This document shows, one piece after another, positions 25,557-39,340 of a DNA stretch of 64,000 nucleotides. Source of the stretch: Octopus sinensis (Eukaryota); assembly GCF_006345805.1 (NCBI RefSeq), contig NC_043004.1, forward strand, positions 15,314,001-15,378,000, read 5' to 3'. A model generated the notes under the pieces. The model ran no database searches. It was not told the DNA's origin and was given only the letters and a program-made list of their open reading frames with translations. Positions within the stretch are counted from its first letter, which is position 1. Each line of letters begins with the position of its first letter. The position numbers were made by a program, and so were the translations under genes.

Positions 25557-27123
25557 TATCTATGTATGTAGCTTGTATGTATGTATGTATGTATGTATGT
25601 ATATATGTATGTATGTATGTAGGAAATATATTTACGGAGCCAACCGGTTTCGCTTATGCTAATCTCGTGGCTCTGTAGTTAGTGTAATGTTACCATTTCA
25701 TGCTATAAGTTTTCCTTCGATGTAAGTTGGAGGATACACTTATATGTACATACATACAGACACACGCACGCACACACACACATATGTATACATGTATGTG
25801 TGTGTATTTCTGTATGTGTGTAAGCTATTCAAGAAAGAGCAATCGATTAGTTTACTTCCATCCTATGTACTGGAGCCGATGGAATTGAATAAAACACTCC
25901 AAATCTTTGCTTTTGCACCGTTGCTGTCCAGTCACTGAATCCAGTAAAGGAATACGAGTGCTATAAACATCATTTCATCTAATGAAAGCATGGAGGGAAT
26001 AAAATATAATTGATATTCTACTGAGATTTAACATAGCAGTATTTTAAGCAATCATTAAGAAGCTTTTCATTATAAGTTCCGCTTCTGACGTCCTAAATAT
26101 CGAAATTTGTTGCATAAAGTGGATTTTGGTCAATACACATTACTCTAACTAACCTATTGAAGAGAAAATGCATATATTCTTTAAGAAACGCTACAGTAAG
26201 CAAGCACTATTCTGATTATTAATTTTCCTAACATTCCCACCAATAATCCTGAAAGGAATTAACTATTCCACTCACTGTCAATATCTCGAAAATCGATCGC
26301 AATAACATAACATGAAGAAAACAATATTTAACCATCCACTCTCAAACGTTAAACCATATAATAGAGAAGACATTAAATCGTATAATACAGAACCATATAG
26401 TAAAGAAAATATCTTCAATATTCTACGATTCTACTTAATTTTCCTTAATGAAAAAATTAGAGCAGAATTAGAATTTAAAATGTAAAACAAAATAAATTTT
26501 AGAATCACAATTTGAGGATTTATACACACACACGCATGCACGTACGCATGGAAACACACAAACACACACGCATGCACGCACGTACGCATGGAAACACACA
26601 AACACACTCACTTACACTCACACACCTGCTATGCATTTCTCTAATGTTCGTTTTCTCACCTAAAATCATAGGTTAGTGCCTATCCGACTGAGGCTCGTTT
26701 ACTACAATTTTCAATAAATACATTTCCAAAACATAAGGAAATGACTCCAGTATCATGGGGCTTGCAACTGGTAGTTTATCATGAACGGTTTTATCGATAC
26801 TACTGAACGGTTTATCGATACTACTGAAATCTTATTCAGTTCTTTGATAAGAATAATTAAGTGCTAAATATATAAGCCAAGACTCACTATACATACTCTG
26901 TCCCTCACAAAGGAATGATAGTCATGCATTAGTGACATTTAAACTGTATACCTTGAACAAGTAGGGTGATGGCTTAAACACCTTTCTTACATCTTATCGT
27001 TCAAGTATGAGAATGCGTGATTAAAATAAGGGTCAACAAAAATCGGTATAATTTTACATGAAATCTACAAATGCCGAAATAACGTCCTTTACCATTTTCA
27101 ACGTCTATCTTGACATCATTCCT

Positions 27124-27228
27124 TATAATTAGCTGTAAGTGATCAGTGTAGTATACTTATAATTAGATATAAGTGATCAGTGTATACCATGATAATTAGA
27201 TATAAGTGATCAGTGTATACCATTATAA
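27124..27228. repeat. Minisatellite, about 3 copies of a ~34-37-bp unit
   Basis: taattagatataagtgatcagtgtatacca repeated. Confidence 0.85.
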
Positions 27229-27925
27229 AACAAATTACTACTTAACGTATAACCCATTAGGTTCATGTGTAACATTTTTGTGATTTGAAACTTTTATCTA
27301 CAGATACATATATATATATAAATAAATTATATTAATTTACACGAGAAATACGTGATTTATTACAATAATACCTGCTTCCAGAGAGGGTACATCCCTTAGT
27401 TGGATTCAACATCCAAAGAGAAGGGGAGATAATCATGAGAATTTCAACTCACCGTGACCGATATGCCACTAAGCAAAGGACGAACTGTAGAAAAGACGAG
27501 AGTTAAGAGTACGAATTTGTACAGCAATAGGTGTCTCTAGTGTAGCAGGTGACCTAACTTATCTGCAGCTGAAGAGACACATATACACGTACATAGGTAT
27601 GTATGTAAGTGAATAGTCAGCTATGTTTAATTGAACAGTCACTTAATGTAGGCTATGCGCTGTTCAAGCGATACCTGTTGAACAGAAACAAGCTGTACTG
27701 ATGATACCTCTTAAACAGAAACACGTGTTCACAAATGTTTTTTATTCTCTTCAGGATATCAATCAGTTGTACTCTCAATATCATGTTTATTTTGTTCTCA
27801 TTTTCAGCTCTAAGTAACCTTCCGAAAACGTAAGACATTTAAACAAATCAAAGATTAATATAACTGAGATTTCCCTTTTAGCTCACTTCTACTAGGTAGC
27901 GTATATGTGTGTGAGTATGTGTGTA

Positions 27926-27956
<31 letters not shown>

Positions 27957-27979
27957 ATGCATGTATGTATATACAATGA

Positions 27980-28186
27980 TGACCGCGTATGTACCATTGG
28001 CGATTTTTTTTCCTCCTTCTTTCCTTCTCTGGATCTTTCCTTTCCCTATGTTTCTGACGAAGAGCTCCGCTCGAAACGTTAAGCCCTCCTTCTTCCCTTC
28101 CTTCCTGAGCGTCCAATAATACTGTATTTGTTTCACGTCCTCGAGTTGTGTTTTCTCTTGGTGTTTTCATGTTTGGATTAACTATA
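27980..28186 (+). mobile_element. 207-bp non-coding HHR-bearing element (PLE terminal-repeat-like)
   Basis: Close homolog at 56711-56917 with the same two ends; runs into (TA)n. Confidence 0.85.
28050..28084 (+). ncRNA. Minimal type I hammerhead ribozyme motif
   Basis: gttt CTGACGA a gagc-tcc-gctc GAA ACGT T aagc: 4-bp stem II, palindromic ACGT helix III, 4-bp stem I with one G-U. Confidence 0.75.
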
Positions 28187-28272
28187 TATATATATATACA
28201 CAAACACACTTGTACATATATACATATGTGTGTGTGAGTCTACATATATATATATATATACATATATATATA

Positions 28273-28335
<63 letters not shown>

Positions 28336-28595
28336 ATATATATTAATATAGAAAACAAAATGATTTCTCCAGCATTTAACATTTATCATTTTTATTCAGT
28401 TTATATTTCATGTAAATTATGTGTCTTCGTGAACTCAAATACATATATATAAACATATGTGTATATATACCTACACATAAACACTTACATACTCACACGC
28501 ATATATTTATATATACATGCATAAATATCTATCTATCTAGGCAATGTATATATGTGTGTGTATGTGTGAGTGTACACACACATACACATATACAC

Positions 28596-28664
<69 letters not shown>

Positions 28665-29299
28665 TAGATAGATATATAGGTGTGTCCGTGTCTGTGTGTG
28701 TTTGAGTACATAAACGTTTATGTATACTGTTCATATCGTTCTTCTTAATATCTCTCTACGCTTGTCTGCACACGATAGCCGAATGGTCGGTTATGTGTAT
28801 TTCCTAATGGTTATTGTTATGTTGCCTTTGATATGCTCAATATTTGTCGTAAGACAAGATTTTTCATTGATTTTTACTTCGCAGGGAAAGACTTGTAGCG
28901 ATTCTCATTAACGGAATCATGAGTAGACAATTGTTAAGATGACGTACAGCTTGCTTGTTCATCGATTTGTTCCACAATTTGAATATTTGGTATTTTTCTA
29001 AATTTGGTTCATGTTTTAATGTATATAGATATACATAAGTATGAAATGAATGTCTGTTATCATTGAGGAATCACAACAAAACGATTGGTTAATGAACGAA
29101 ATGCCATAAATTTACTTTAACGTGAAAATTACATCTTAATATAAAAATATATATTTCCTTGTTCTGTAGTAAAAATACAAGTTTACAACCACCGCAATTC
29201 TGCTAGATATATTATAAGAATATTGATTATTAACATTGGTATAAATCAATATATTGTATAAGCCGGATAACTACGATCCTTCTAATGATAAGTAAATGA

Positions 29300-30010
29300 T
29301 GAGTGAGACAGAGAAAAATCCTCTGCATGGTCGCTATAACTGCTAGCAATACGGGCATATACACACCGAAATCACACTGCAGTATGTTTAAAATATGTGA
29401 CATAAGATCAAGTGGTGTTAAATATGTTAAGCTTGATATTAACATGCGATGGACAGCGTTGGAACGTTTTTAGTCATAGATATGTTCAATCATATTTAGT
29501 ATTTGACAAAATAGCACCACCAACGATATCGAGCGTGGATGCCTTTAAAGTTTAAAGATTGTGCTGAAAATAGCAGTCAACCTTCCAGCCCAAATATCAC
29601 ATTTTAACCCTTGAAAAAGAAAGGCAGGACATGTGCCCAATATATTCGTTGATATATTCACACCGGTCAAAGGTGAAGGATTCTCACCATAATTATATTT
29701 TATAAGGATAACAACAGCAAAACTATTTTATTGATCCGAATTACTCTGACTTTCAGTTGATTGGTTTAAAATTATTCTGTGGCACATGCATGGCACACGA
29801 ATAATTTGTAGCCTTTCGCATTTTTCGTACAAGTTTTTCATTTCATTTCAAACTGTTGCATTTTCCTCAAATATATTGAATCTTTACCGTATGCAAAGTA
29901 ATTGGACGAGACGTTGAAATATTTAACAAAGTTCATAACAAGACTACTGTTATTGGAAGATATATATAATATGATTTAAAAGACTGATCCCCGACACTCA
30001 AAAATATGAA
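29300..30010 (+). mobile_element. Possible hAT transposase relic
   Basis: KYVKLDINMRWTALERF (cf. LDVxTRWNSTxxMLERF) near 29420-29470 and TDPRHSK (cf. LDPRFK) near 29985; heavily decayed. Confidence 0.25.
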
Positions 30011-31239
30011 TGATAAATTTATGTCGCACTTATAGATATGTTCAAAGGAACATGAGAATATTCGCACTTATAAAAGAAAGGAACTTGAATATGTATTGTG
30101 AGACATGGTATATTGTTATTTGTTGCAAAATATTTCATAGCATAAGTCTCAGAGTTCTTTTTAGTCATACTTAGAAAACCTTACCTCTCATTTATTTTTC
30201 ATATCCTTTATGCATTTGTTACTTTCATTAAGAATATATAATTTTATTCACGTATCCTCCGTCACTCTAAATCACAGACTATAGATAGATATGTGTATGT
30301 ATGTGTTCATACGTGTGCATGTATGAATGTCTATATATATATATATATCTGTGTGTTTTTATGTATGTCAGTATATATGCATGTATACAGACACACTCAC
30401 ACACACACACAATTACACAATGACATATACACCTCCACACAACAAAGGTAGCATATGATTATATTCGTGTATCATTAGTAACATGATTGCGGTGTGATAA
30501 CATCTTATATGGATGTATTGCGCTTGGAAATTAAAAAAATATATATCTGAAGGAAACGAAAATCGTCCTTGCAGGGACTACTGGCAGTGCTAAACGCATT
30601 TCTGTTTCATTGGCGTCTTCTTAGAGCCAACGTCATGTTAAGAGAAAATGTGTTGCCGGCGATATATGGGAGATTTCTTCTTCAAATACAGTTGGCTTTC
30701 GTACATGCTACTGATAACGTGCAATGAGGCCGAAATGAATACCCAATCAGCCACCTTTTCTGATGGAATGCAATAGTTTCACCTAGAATTAGAAATTGAT
30801 CCAAATATATACGGCGCGGAACCCATCTTATACACAGCATGGAATACAACTTAGCTGAATGGTTCTGTACATTCTATCATTTGTCATGCACTGTCATGGT
30901 GTTCATACATCTCTCTTTCAGATTTGCTAACAGAAATCCAACTCCTTCTCACAGCAATAATGTCCAACGCTGTATTATAACACTTCGGTTAAATGAAATT
31001 ATGATATCAGCTAGAGAACATATCATTTGATATTTCTTCAGACTAATCTAATTCAATTAACTTAATGTAAACTTGACACAGGAATAGAATGGTTTGCTTT
31101 CAAGTAGTCGGAAATATATGCACTGATGCACATGGCGAATATTCCTACGCAGACACATTATTACACAAAAACCATTACAGAAACGGAAATACATGCAAAC
31201 ATTCGCGCACGCACCTTCATTTATACATATACATACGTA

Positions 31240-31273
31240 CGTGTATGTGTTTATGTATGCATGTATGTATGCA

Positions 31274-31344
<71 letters not shown>

Positions 31345-31590
31345 ATATACATATATGTATGTATGTATATAAGTAAGTGCGTACATAAACACAAGAATGT
31401 ATACATATGTACCCTTATATATGATATGCATATGTATATGAATATATATATATATATATATATACATACACGCACACACACACACATATATATATATATA
31501 TACATACATATATATGAGTGCGTATGTATATAGATACACGTTTATATGGGTGAGTGTGTGTGCGTACGTGTGTGTGTGTGTGTATAAAAC
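31240..31590. repeat. (TA)/(TG)/(TATG) compound microsatellite
   Basis: Direct inspection. Confidence 0.93.
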
Positions 31591-32189
31591 GAGAAAGAGA
31601 TAAAAGTAGCAGATAGGAAAATAATCAATGGACTCAACAAAGGGACTGTGACAGTTTCTTTTGTGTATGTCGAGAAATGAATAATTCGTTGCATTATCGG
31701 ATTATCGGGTCAAATCGTATTCAAATTGTCGCGTCATGTAAACGATGAGAAAAGACAGCGATGTCGGGAGCGCGGAAAAAGAATGATTACTCCGATGTAA
31801 TTATCTTATTGGCTATACTTACTTACTCATATATATTCATAAGTACTAGTAAACATAAAATTATATATAGATGCATCATAATTCTCTGTTTGTCTGTCAG
31901 TGTGTATTTCTGAGTAAAATGGTTTTGTTGATATGTCAATTATTTCTTGACATTGACTGCAATTAGTTAAAGATTAATTGAGGTTGATCTTACAAGGCAT
32001 GGAAAATGCTACACAGAAATACTCTAATGTTAGTATCTATTTTTATTTGTCCAAGGAAATACCACGTTTATCAGTAATTCTTTTCCAGAAATAGATATTC
32101 TGTTGTGCCTGGCTCCCAAAGACTGGATTGCCGGTTTCATTGGGCATATAGTTTCCTCACACCAGTCCCACACAGGTGAGCTGCTAGAT

Positions 32190-32375
32190 GCAGGGCGAAA
32201 GAGTGACAGAAGGAGTCAGCAGAAGGTCGCAATTACCTTATGCCGGAGCCACGTGGGGCTTAGGTGTTTGGTTCATAAACACACGCATGACCTGGTGTAA
32301 AATTCAAACCCGCGATCCCTCGACCGCGAGTCCGCTGCTTTAAACACTAGGCCATGTGCCACCAGAAATATATGT
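32190..32375 (-). mobile_element. SINE family D, 5' part
   Basis: Minus strand gtggcacatggcctagtgtttaaagcagcggactcgcggtcgagggatcgcgggtttgaa; homologous to 11254 and 39688. Confidence 0.82.
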
Positions 32376-34419
32376 ATATATATATATGTATATAAATTAT
32401 TTAATTACAGCCATGGCTTTAACATTTTCATTTTTACTCGAACCAAAAGATGGCACTTGAAACATTTCCCCTGCTGATATATCATTAATTGTGTGCATGC
32501 GGTATGATATTCTAGTTATTTTTCATCATTCGATCTTTGGCGGTAACACTTTGAGGGAAAACTAATAATATCAACGAATTTTGATGAACATAGGAAAAAT
32601 ATTTTTCAATCATAGAATTCAGAATTTTTTTTTCTCTCTGAAAAGGAACTTCAAATGATTATAATGCTACAAACGTACTTCTTAGATAGGATGAAAACAC
32701 GCTGGCAGACACATTACAAACACATAGACACTGACACACAGGCACACACACATATAGATGTATATATATATATACATGCATAAATCCTATGCATGCGCGT
32801 ATACACATTCCTATTTTGTGTATTTTGGCTTATGAAAATGTCTATACGTTAATCACTAATTCGGTTGAGCAAATGATAATTTCTTTTCCTTCTAGAAATG
32901 TGCTGTTTTTCATTAAAAACGTAAACTGTTTAGATATAGTGATTCCATATATTAGTGTTATCATAGGCCTTTGAACTGCTAGCTTCAGAATCATTTCTTT
33001 TTATCATTGCAGCTCTAATCTATAAGAATGGGAATAAAGAAATACAGGAATAACTGAATATATATATAAAAAAAAACACCAGTAAAATTATCTCGTAAAT
33101 CATGTTATTCATTTGCCGAATTAAAAAATGTTATCTTGCAGCTAAACTATTCCCACACCAACTCGTTTGCTTTTATATTTCAGCTATTGCTGAGCGAACT
33201 AACCGAAATTATGTTAAAAGGACAAAACCAACACTCTAAAATATTAATATTCTTAAGCTTAATCTGAAATTAGTTATGGAACTAGGTTGGGGCAATTTAT
33301 AATGGGATGAGATAAAAACTGCAGTTCTTCTTGATTTAAAATCAGAAAGCATGATGGCATTTATTATGTTGATGAGGAAAAAAAGAGGGAAGAAGAAGAA
33401 GGGAAGTTAATGTTTATATCACACAGCAACTTCACGGATATTCTAAATAACGCTTCACAATAGTCTACAGATACACGCGATATTTATAAATATGTGATCG
33501 TAGGTTTAGAGTATTATATTCAGTTTTAGTAAAAATAAATTATTTCTCAACAGTCTAAGAAAAAATAATTGTGTTCAGATGGGTTGTCATTTTGATAATC
33601 TTACTGATGCTGGATAAAATCTGAACCATTTCCTTGTAGGTGATCGGAAGCATTAAAACCAATACGCCAGATATGCCAGATTGCCTCAAAATGAATTTCT
33701 TTTCAATAGTTTATATTACTTATTATCTAGATTACTTTAAGGCATGTCCTAGATTCCATTCTCTATCATCTATTTTATAAGCAGACGTATCACATACGAT
33801 CGTCTTGGAAGGTTTTCCATGCGCACACCTATATGAAAACCTACTTTTTTTTCTCTCCTGCATTATCTTTGGTCTCCAGTTGTTTTTTTTTTTCTGACTA
33901 CCCTAGAGGCAATTTCTGCAACACATCTCATTGTTTCATGGTTGCTGCCCAAATAATGTATCGTGTTATCATTTTCCTATTATATGTTGAATTTACAGAA
34001 AGCTTATTTGTTCCAATACATTACCTATATATGTTTTTGTAAGCTAAGGTATATACACATATGTTACGCCATGTAACAAAACTATCTATGTCACCTATCC
34101 TATTTAAATCCTTGATGTAATTTGAGAGTTTGAATGAAAAATCATTGCTTCGAATGTTTCTCGTAAAGAATCAAGTTAGTCTTACCCTAGCATTCATTAA
34201 CGCTATTAGTAAGTGATATACGTTTTCATTTTGTATTTTACTGACAGAAGGAAAATGCGTATGATTTAAACATTTCTAGGTTGTCCTCATAAGACAACTG
34301 ACAAAACTGAAACATTTGAAATTTAAGTAATCACTACCTGAGAAAAACAAAATCTAGTAAAATAGTACAAAATTCAGTTCTTTAAAATAGTATAGTAAGC
34401 ATGCTATTTGTATATTTTA

Positions 34420-35060
34420 TGTTTGCCCTGTCTCGTTCATTAGACTGTGGCCATGCCGGGGCACTGCCCTGAAGAATTTTTAGTCGAATTGTTTCATGCT
34501 GGTATTTATTCATATGTATACATATGTGAACATAAACACCCAATCACTGGTTGTCAAGTGATGCTTGGTAACAAATACACAAGTATAGACAATGACGCAC
34601 ACTCACATACACGCATATATATGTATGCATGTGTGTCTTTTGTGTCTGTGCTTACCCCCATCATCGTCTGACAACCAGTGTTGTTGAGTGTGTATGTGTG
34701 TGTATATACATACATACATAATACATATATATATATACTATTTTACTTGTTTCAATCATTTCACTGTGGCCATGCTGGAGAACCGCCTTTAGTCGAGCAA
34801 GTGAACGTAAACACACCACCATCGGTTATCAAGCGATGCTGGGAGGATAAACACAGACACACAAACATAGACACACAGGTACATATATATATGTACATAT
34901 ATACGACGCTCTTTTTTTCAGTTCCCGTCTACCAAATTCATTCAGAAAGCTTTGGTCGGCCCGAGGCTATAGTAGAAGACACTTGCCGAACATACCACGC
35001 AGGAGGAATGAACCCGGAAAAATAGAGTTGGTAAGCAAGTTTCTGACCATGCAGCTACGC
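34420..35060 (-). mobile_element. Two adjacent SINE family B pieces (34420-34690 decayed; 34735-35060)
   Basis: Homology to 9978-10402. Confidence 0.8.
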
Positions 35061-35524
35061 AGCACACACCTTCCTGAAATAATCTCACAATAATACGTTT
35101 AAACTGTATTAGGTATATTAATCAGCGAATTTACAAGTGTCAATCTTCTAAAACTTTCCTCTAGACACCGTTCCGATCTCTTGTACCCAACTGCTCTTTA
35201 TTCAGTTTATAGCCTGTCAGAGGCTCATTAAAATGACGCATTTAGACGCTTCTTATATATTCTACATGTGAAGCAAATCATATAAGTTATACGTATTAGT
35301 TTTAATACCTAATGTAGCTACAATGTTTATGATTTCACTCGTAATGGTAATGGAACCTAATTACAGTTTGTGAAAGAGTATCAGCCAGTCACATTGTCTG
35401 CTAAGTAGGATTGATCAATATATAATCGAGAGATTCACAAACATACACGCACATATATACTTGCACACATACGTATCTACAAAAATATGTGTGTGTGTGA
35501 GTGTGTATATATATGTATGTATAC

Positions 35525-35564
<40 letters not shown>

Positions 35565-35749
35565 ATACACACGTAAATATATATATATGTATATAAAATA
35601 AATATAAGAGAGTGGTCACTATATGGCTCACTCTAGCACCAGTTAATCCAAAAGGTTTCAACCACAAAAATACATGTTTCCCATGAAAGTCAGTACGATT
35701 GTTAGCTCACACGGACAGGGCAAATAAAAAATAACAAAAATACAGATTA

Positions 35750-35831
35750 TTTTGGGACAATTGTTTCGCTATTAATGAATTAAATGTAATATTACTTACA
35801 AAAAAATCCACTTGTAGCTCGTCAGCCAAAA
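35750..35831 (-). ncRNA. Type I hammerhead ribozyme (left arm)
   Basis: ttttgg CTGACGA gcta...tagc GAAAC aatt GTC ccaaaa on the minus strand. Confidence 0.88.
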
Positions 35832-36671
35832 CTATCTGGATGAAATCCACTCAATCACACGCCAGATTTTACCATAACGATAAATACGCGTGTGGTTCAA
35901 TCGATTACATCCGACGTTATAATTCAAATGCCCCAACTAACAGCGCGCCAAACTTTCACGGAAAACAAATACAGCATATAGAAATAAATGCAGCATAATT
36001 ATAATTAATTAATAAGGGTGAGAGAATTAGATACTAATTTAATAGTATATCTATTCAACACCAAGTGGCCTAGTGCTCCGAGAAACCTGGATTATTATAA
36101 TATTTTATAATATATTACAATATTTTTACAAAATAAATATAAGAGAGTGGTCACTATATGGCTCACTCTAGCACCAGTTAATCCAAAAGGTTTCAACCAC
36201 AAAAATACATGTTTCCATGATAATCTGTATTTTTGTTATTTTTTATTTGCCCTGTCCGTGTGAGCTAACAATCGTACTGACTTTCATGGGAAACATGTAT
36301 TTTTGTGGTTGAAACCTTTTGGATTAACTGGTGCTAGAGTGAGCCATATAGTGACCACTCTCTTATATTATTTTGTAAAAATATTGTAATATATATAAAA
36401 TATTATAATAATCCAGGTTTCTCGGAGCACTAGGCCACTTGGTGTTGAATAGATATACTATTAAATTAATATCTAATTCTCTCACCCTTATTAATTAATT
36501 ATAATTATGCTGCATTTATTTCTATATGCTGTATTTGTTTTCCGTGAAAGTTTGGCGCGCTGTTAGTTGGGGCATTTGAATTATAACGTCGGATGTAATC
36601 GATTGAACCACACGCGTATTTATCGTTATGGTAAAATCTGGCGTGTGATTGAGTGGATTTCATCCAGATAG

Positions 36672-36753
36672 TTTTGGCTGACGAGCTACAAGTGGATTTT
36701 TTTGTAAGTAATATTACATTTAATTCATTAATAGCGAAACAATTGTCCCAAAA
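36672..36753 (+). ncRNA. Type I hammerhead ribozyme (right arm); predicted cleavage after GUC at 36747
   Basis: 6-bp stem I ttttgg/ccaaaa, complete core, 4-bp stem II gcta/tagc with a 43-nt loop, palindromic AATT-capped helix III. Confidence 0.88.
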
Positions 36754-37073
36754 TAATCTGTATTTTTGTTATTTTTTATTTGCCCTGTCCGTGTGAGCTA
36801 ACAATCGTACTGACTTTCATGGGAAACATGTATTTTTGTGGTTGAAACCTTTTGGATTAACTGGTGCTAGAGTGAGCCATATAGTGACCACTCTCTTATA
36901 TTTATTTTGTAAAAATATTGTAATATATTATAAAATATTATAATAATCCAGGTTTCTCGGAGCACTAGGCCACTTGGTGTTGAATAGATATACTATTAAA
37001 TTAGTATCTAATTCTCTCACCCTTATTAATTAATTATATATGTATATATATATTTATTTACACATATATAAAT

Positions 37074-37126
<53 letters not shown>

Positions 37127-38006
37127 ATAGCAAACGCAGATACACCCACTTATAATTTAGTATTTTATGTCGTAGTAGATTGCCTATATCTCTTTGAATA
37201 ATCATAAACTTTTGGCAAAATTATCCGAACTCAAGTGTTAGGGACTGAATGCATAGATGAACTCTTCTGTTACACATTCAGAAAATTACAGAATATAACT
37301 CATATAAAACCATACCAGTAGTGACTAGTATTGAACATTATTGAAAATGTTACCACTCTTCAGCGCCGGCTCAACGCTATCCTGTTGCGATCATTCGGTC
37401 ATGTGAGGTTTAATGTGCCTAAGCAGGTGATATAATATTCTTCATTTCTTTCAAGAGTGGAGAGATTGATTTGAGGGATATTTGACTGTTTTCCCTGCGA
37501 TCAACAATATGGAAGTACCCTCGTTTAATTTGGTGTATTAATTATCATACTATAGTTAGACTTTAACAATGTACGTTTTGTGAACGTTATCATCGGTTAT
37601 TATGCTTTCACGATTTTACTGCTATACCATTACTAAGAGTGACAAGTGCACGTAGAACGATTTCCTTGAAATGGCAATAAGATCTTATGTCATTCAGCAT
37701 TATATTATGGAAGAAAATATTGGTTTTGTACGAGGAACTACCTGCAATAGAAAGAAACAACGTGATTTTGATGTTTACTGCAGAAATTTATTTGCGCTTA
37801 GGACATGAGTCTCCTCATAGTCCATCCCGCCTCCTTGCTCTTTACACCGAAATTAGGGACAATTTATGTCTAAATTAGGGACAAGTGATTTAACACTGCC
37901 ATGTCATTTGAATCGAGGTTTAGCATATTGGAAGATTTGATAAGGGGAACATTCTCGATAAAGCAAATCAACGATATATATAAACAAAAAAAATATGTAT
38001 GTATAT

Positions 38007-38048
<42 letters not shown>

Positions 38049-38053
38049 ATATA

Positions 38054-38097
<44 letters not shown>

Positions 38098-38649
38098 TTA
38101 TATGACTAATCTTAGCATACTTGAGGAGAGGCAGAAACGTTAACAATGCATCAGCATGTTAAGGCCTGAAAAATTTTATTTGAAGCCATTTAGCACTGTT
38201 TTTCCATTAAATAAAGTTTCTTCGTACAGATACGAGATTATGTTAAAAGTGCATCTTTATAGCATTGGATTTATTGATTGTTGTGCAAGATGACGTGGAT
38301 TCACAGCATGCACATCGTATGTACGATGTGCGTGAACATTATAAATACATGCATACATGCATACATATATACTTACATACATAGAAGCAACATACATACA
38401 TACACATACATACATACACATACATACATATACCTATGTATGTGTGTCTTTGAAGAGAGGGAGAGAAATATAAAGATAGATAGATAAGTATATATGCATA
38501 CATGTATACATATATACACACACACATATACGGCTATGCTGTTGTAGGTACAACATGTTCTTTGTCTATCTCCTTAACTTCTTGGAGATTTTAGGTAAAA
38601 TTATACTAATGTGTCCATCTGTTATAATTTAATTAAAGTCTATGTCTTT

Positions 38650-38738
38650 GTGCAACTGAAGATTGCTCTACATTTTAAATTTATGTAACGATTACATTGT
38701 TCAATTAAATGGAGTTACATGAAACGATCGTACTGCAT
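38650..38738 (+). ncRNA. Decayed type I hammerhead motif
   Basis: gtgcaa CTGAAGA ... GAAAC gatc GTA ctgcat; stem I has one mismatch, stem II is weak. Confidence 0.55.
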
Positions 38739-39069
38739 TACCTCTGGATAACCTTGCTTATTTTGATTTTAATCACACACACACAAATAGATAAATATAC
38801 AGATTTATGTATGCATGTAATTATGTATGATGTGTTTTTGCGAATGCGTGTTCAGGGGCGTTTTGCTAATGAATGATATCGGGTCTTAGACGGTTAGTTT
38901 TGAGCCCATTGCATGATTAATAATTAAGAGACATAATCGTTATAAATACGTTTACTTATTCACTAGATTTATTCCTCACTTTTTCAGGTTCTTTCTATTT
39001 TACACTATTTACATTATTTATATTATTTATATTTGACGGATATTTGACCTCATCTTGTTTGTTGTTAAC

Positions 39070-39107
39070 ACAACATTTCGGCTGATATACCCTGCAGCCT
39101 TCATCAG
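39070..39107 (-). ncRNA. Hammerhead motif, truncated (stem I 5' arm lost)
   Basis: CTGATGA a ggctg...cagcc GAAA tgtt. Confidence 0.6.
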
Positions 39108-39189
39108 CCGTGGCCATATGGCTTAGGGGTTAAGAGCGCGGCTACAAACCCCAAGATTCTGAGTTCGATTCCAAGCAGTGACCTGAATT

Positions 39190-39249
<60 letters not shown>

Positions 39250-39296
39250 TTGAAAAATACCTGCGAATGAGAACCCAGGTTCGAAATTTCCCCAAC

Positions 39297-39340
39297 TTGA
39301 TGAAGGCTGGAAGGAATAACAGCCGAAACATTGTATTAAC
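39297..39340 (+). ncRNA. Hammerhead motif, decayed (C3 to T)
   Basis: tTGATGA a ggctg...cagcc GAAA catt. Confidence 0.55.

Larger units (their letters stand above)
35595..37035. mobile_element. Retrozyme/PLE-like ~535-bp tandem unit in fold-back arrangement, between (TA)n tracts
   Basis: Period 535 (aagagagtgg at 35606 and 36141); orientation flips at 36220/36221; period 533 in the right arm (taatctg at 36221 and 36754); no ORF in the track; one HHR per arm. Confidence 0.88.

Noticed and set aside
27530-27582. ~50-nt imperfect hairpin (gtgtctct...agagacac)
   Set aside because: Poor central pairing; insufficient for a pre-miRNA call
30555-30730. ~55 open codons after a cag acceptor-like site
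   Set aside because: No recognisable homology, no clear donor, and no partner exons
35595-37035. CRISPR array or DNA-transposon TIR interpretation
   Set aside because: No short repeat-spacer pattern; the arms are internally tandem and meet at the centre, with no transposase or TSD seen
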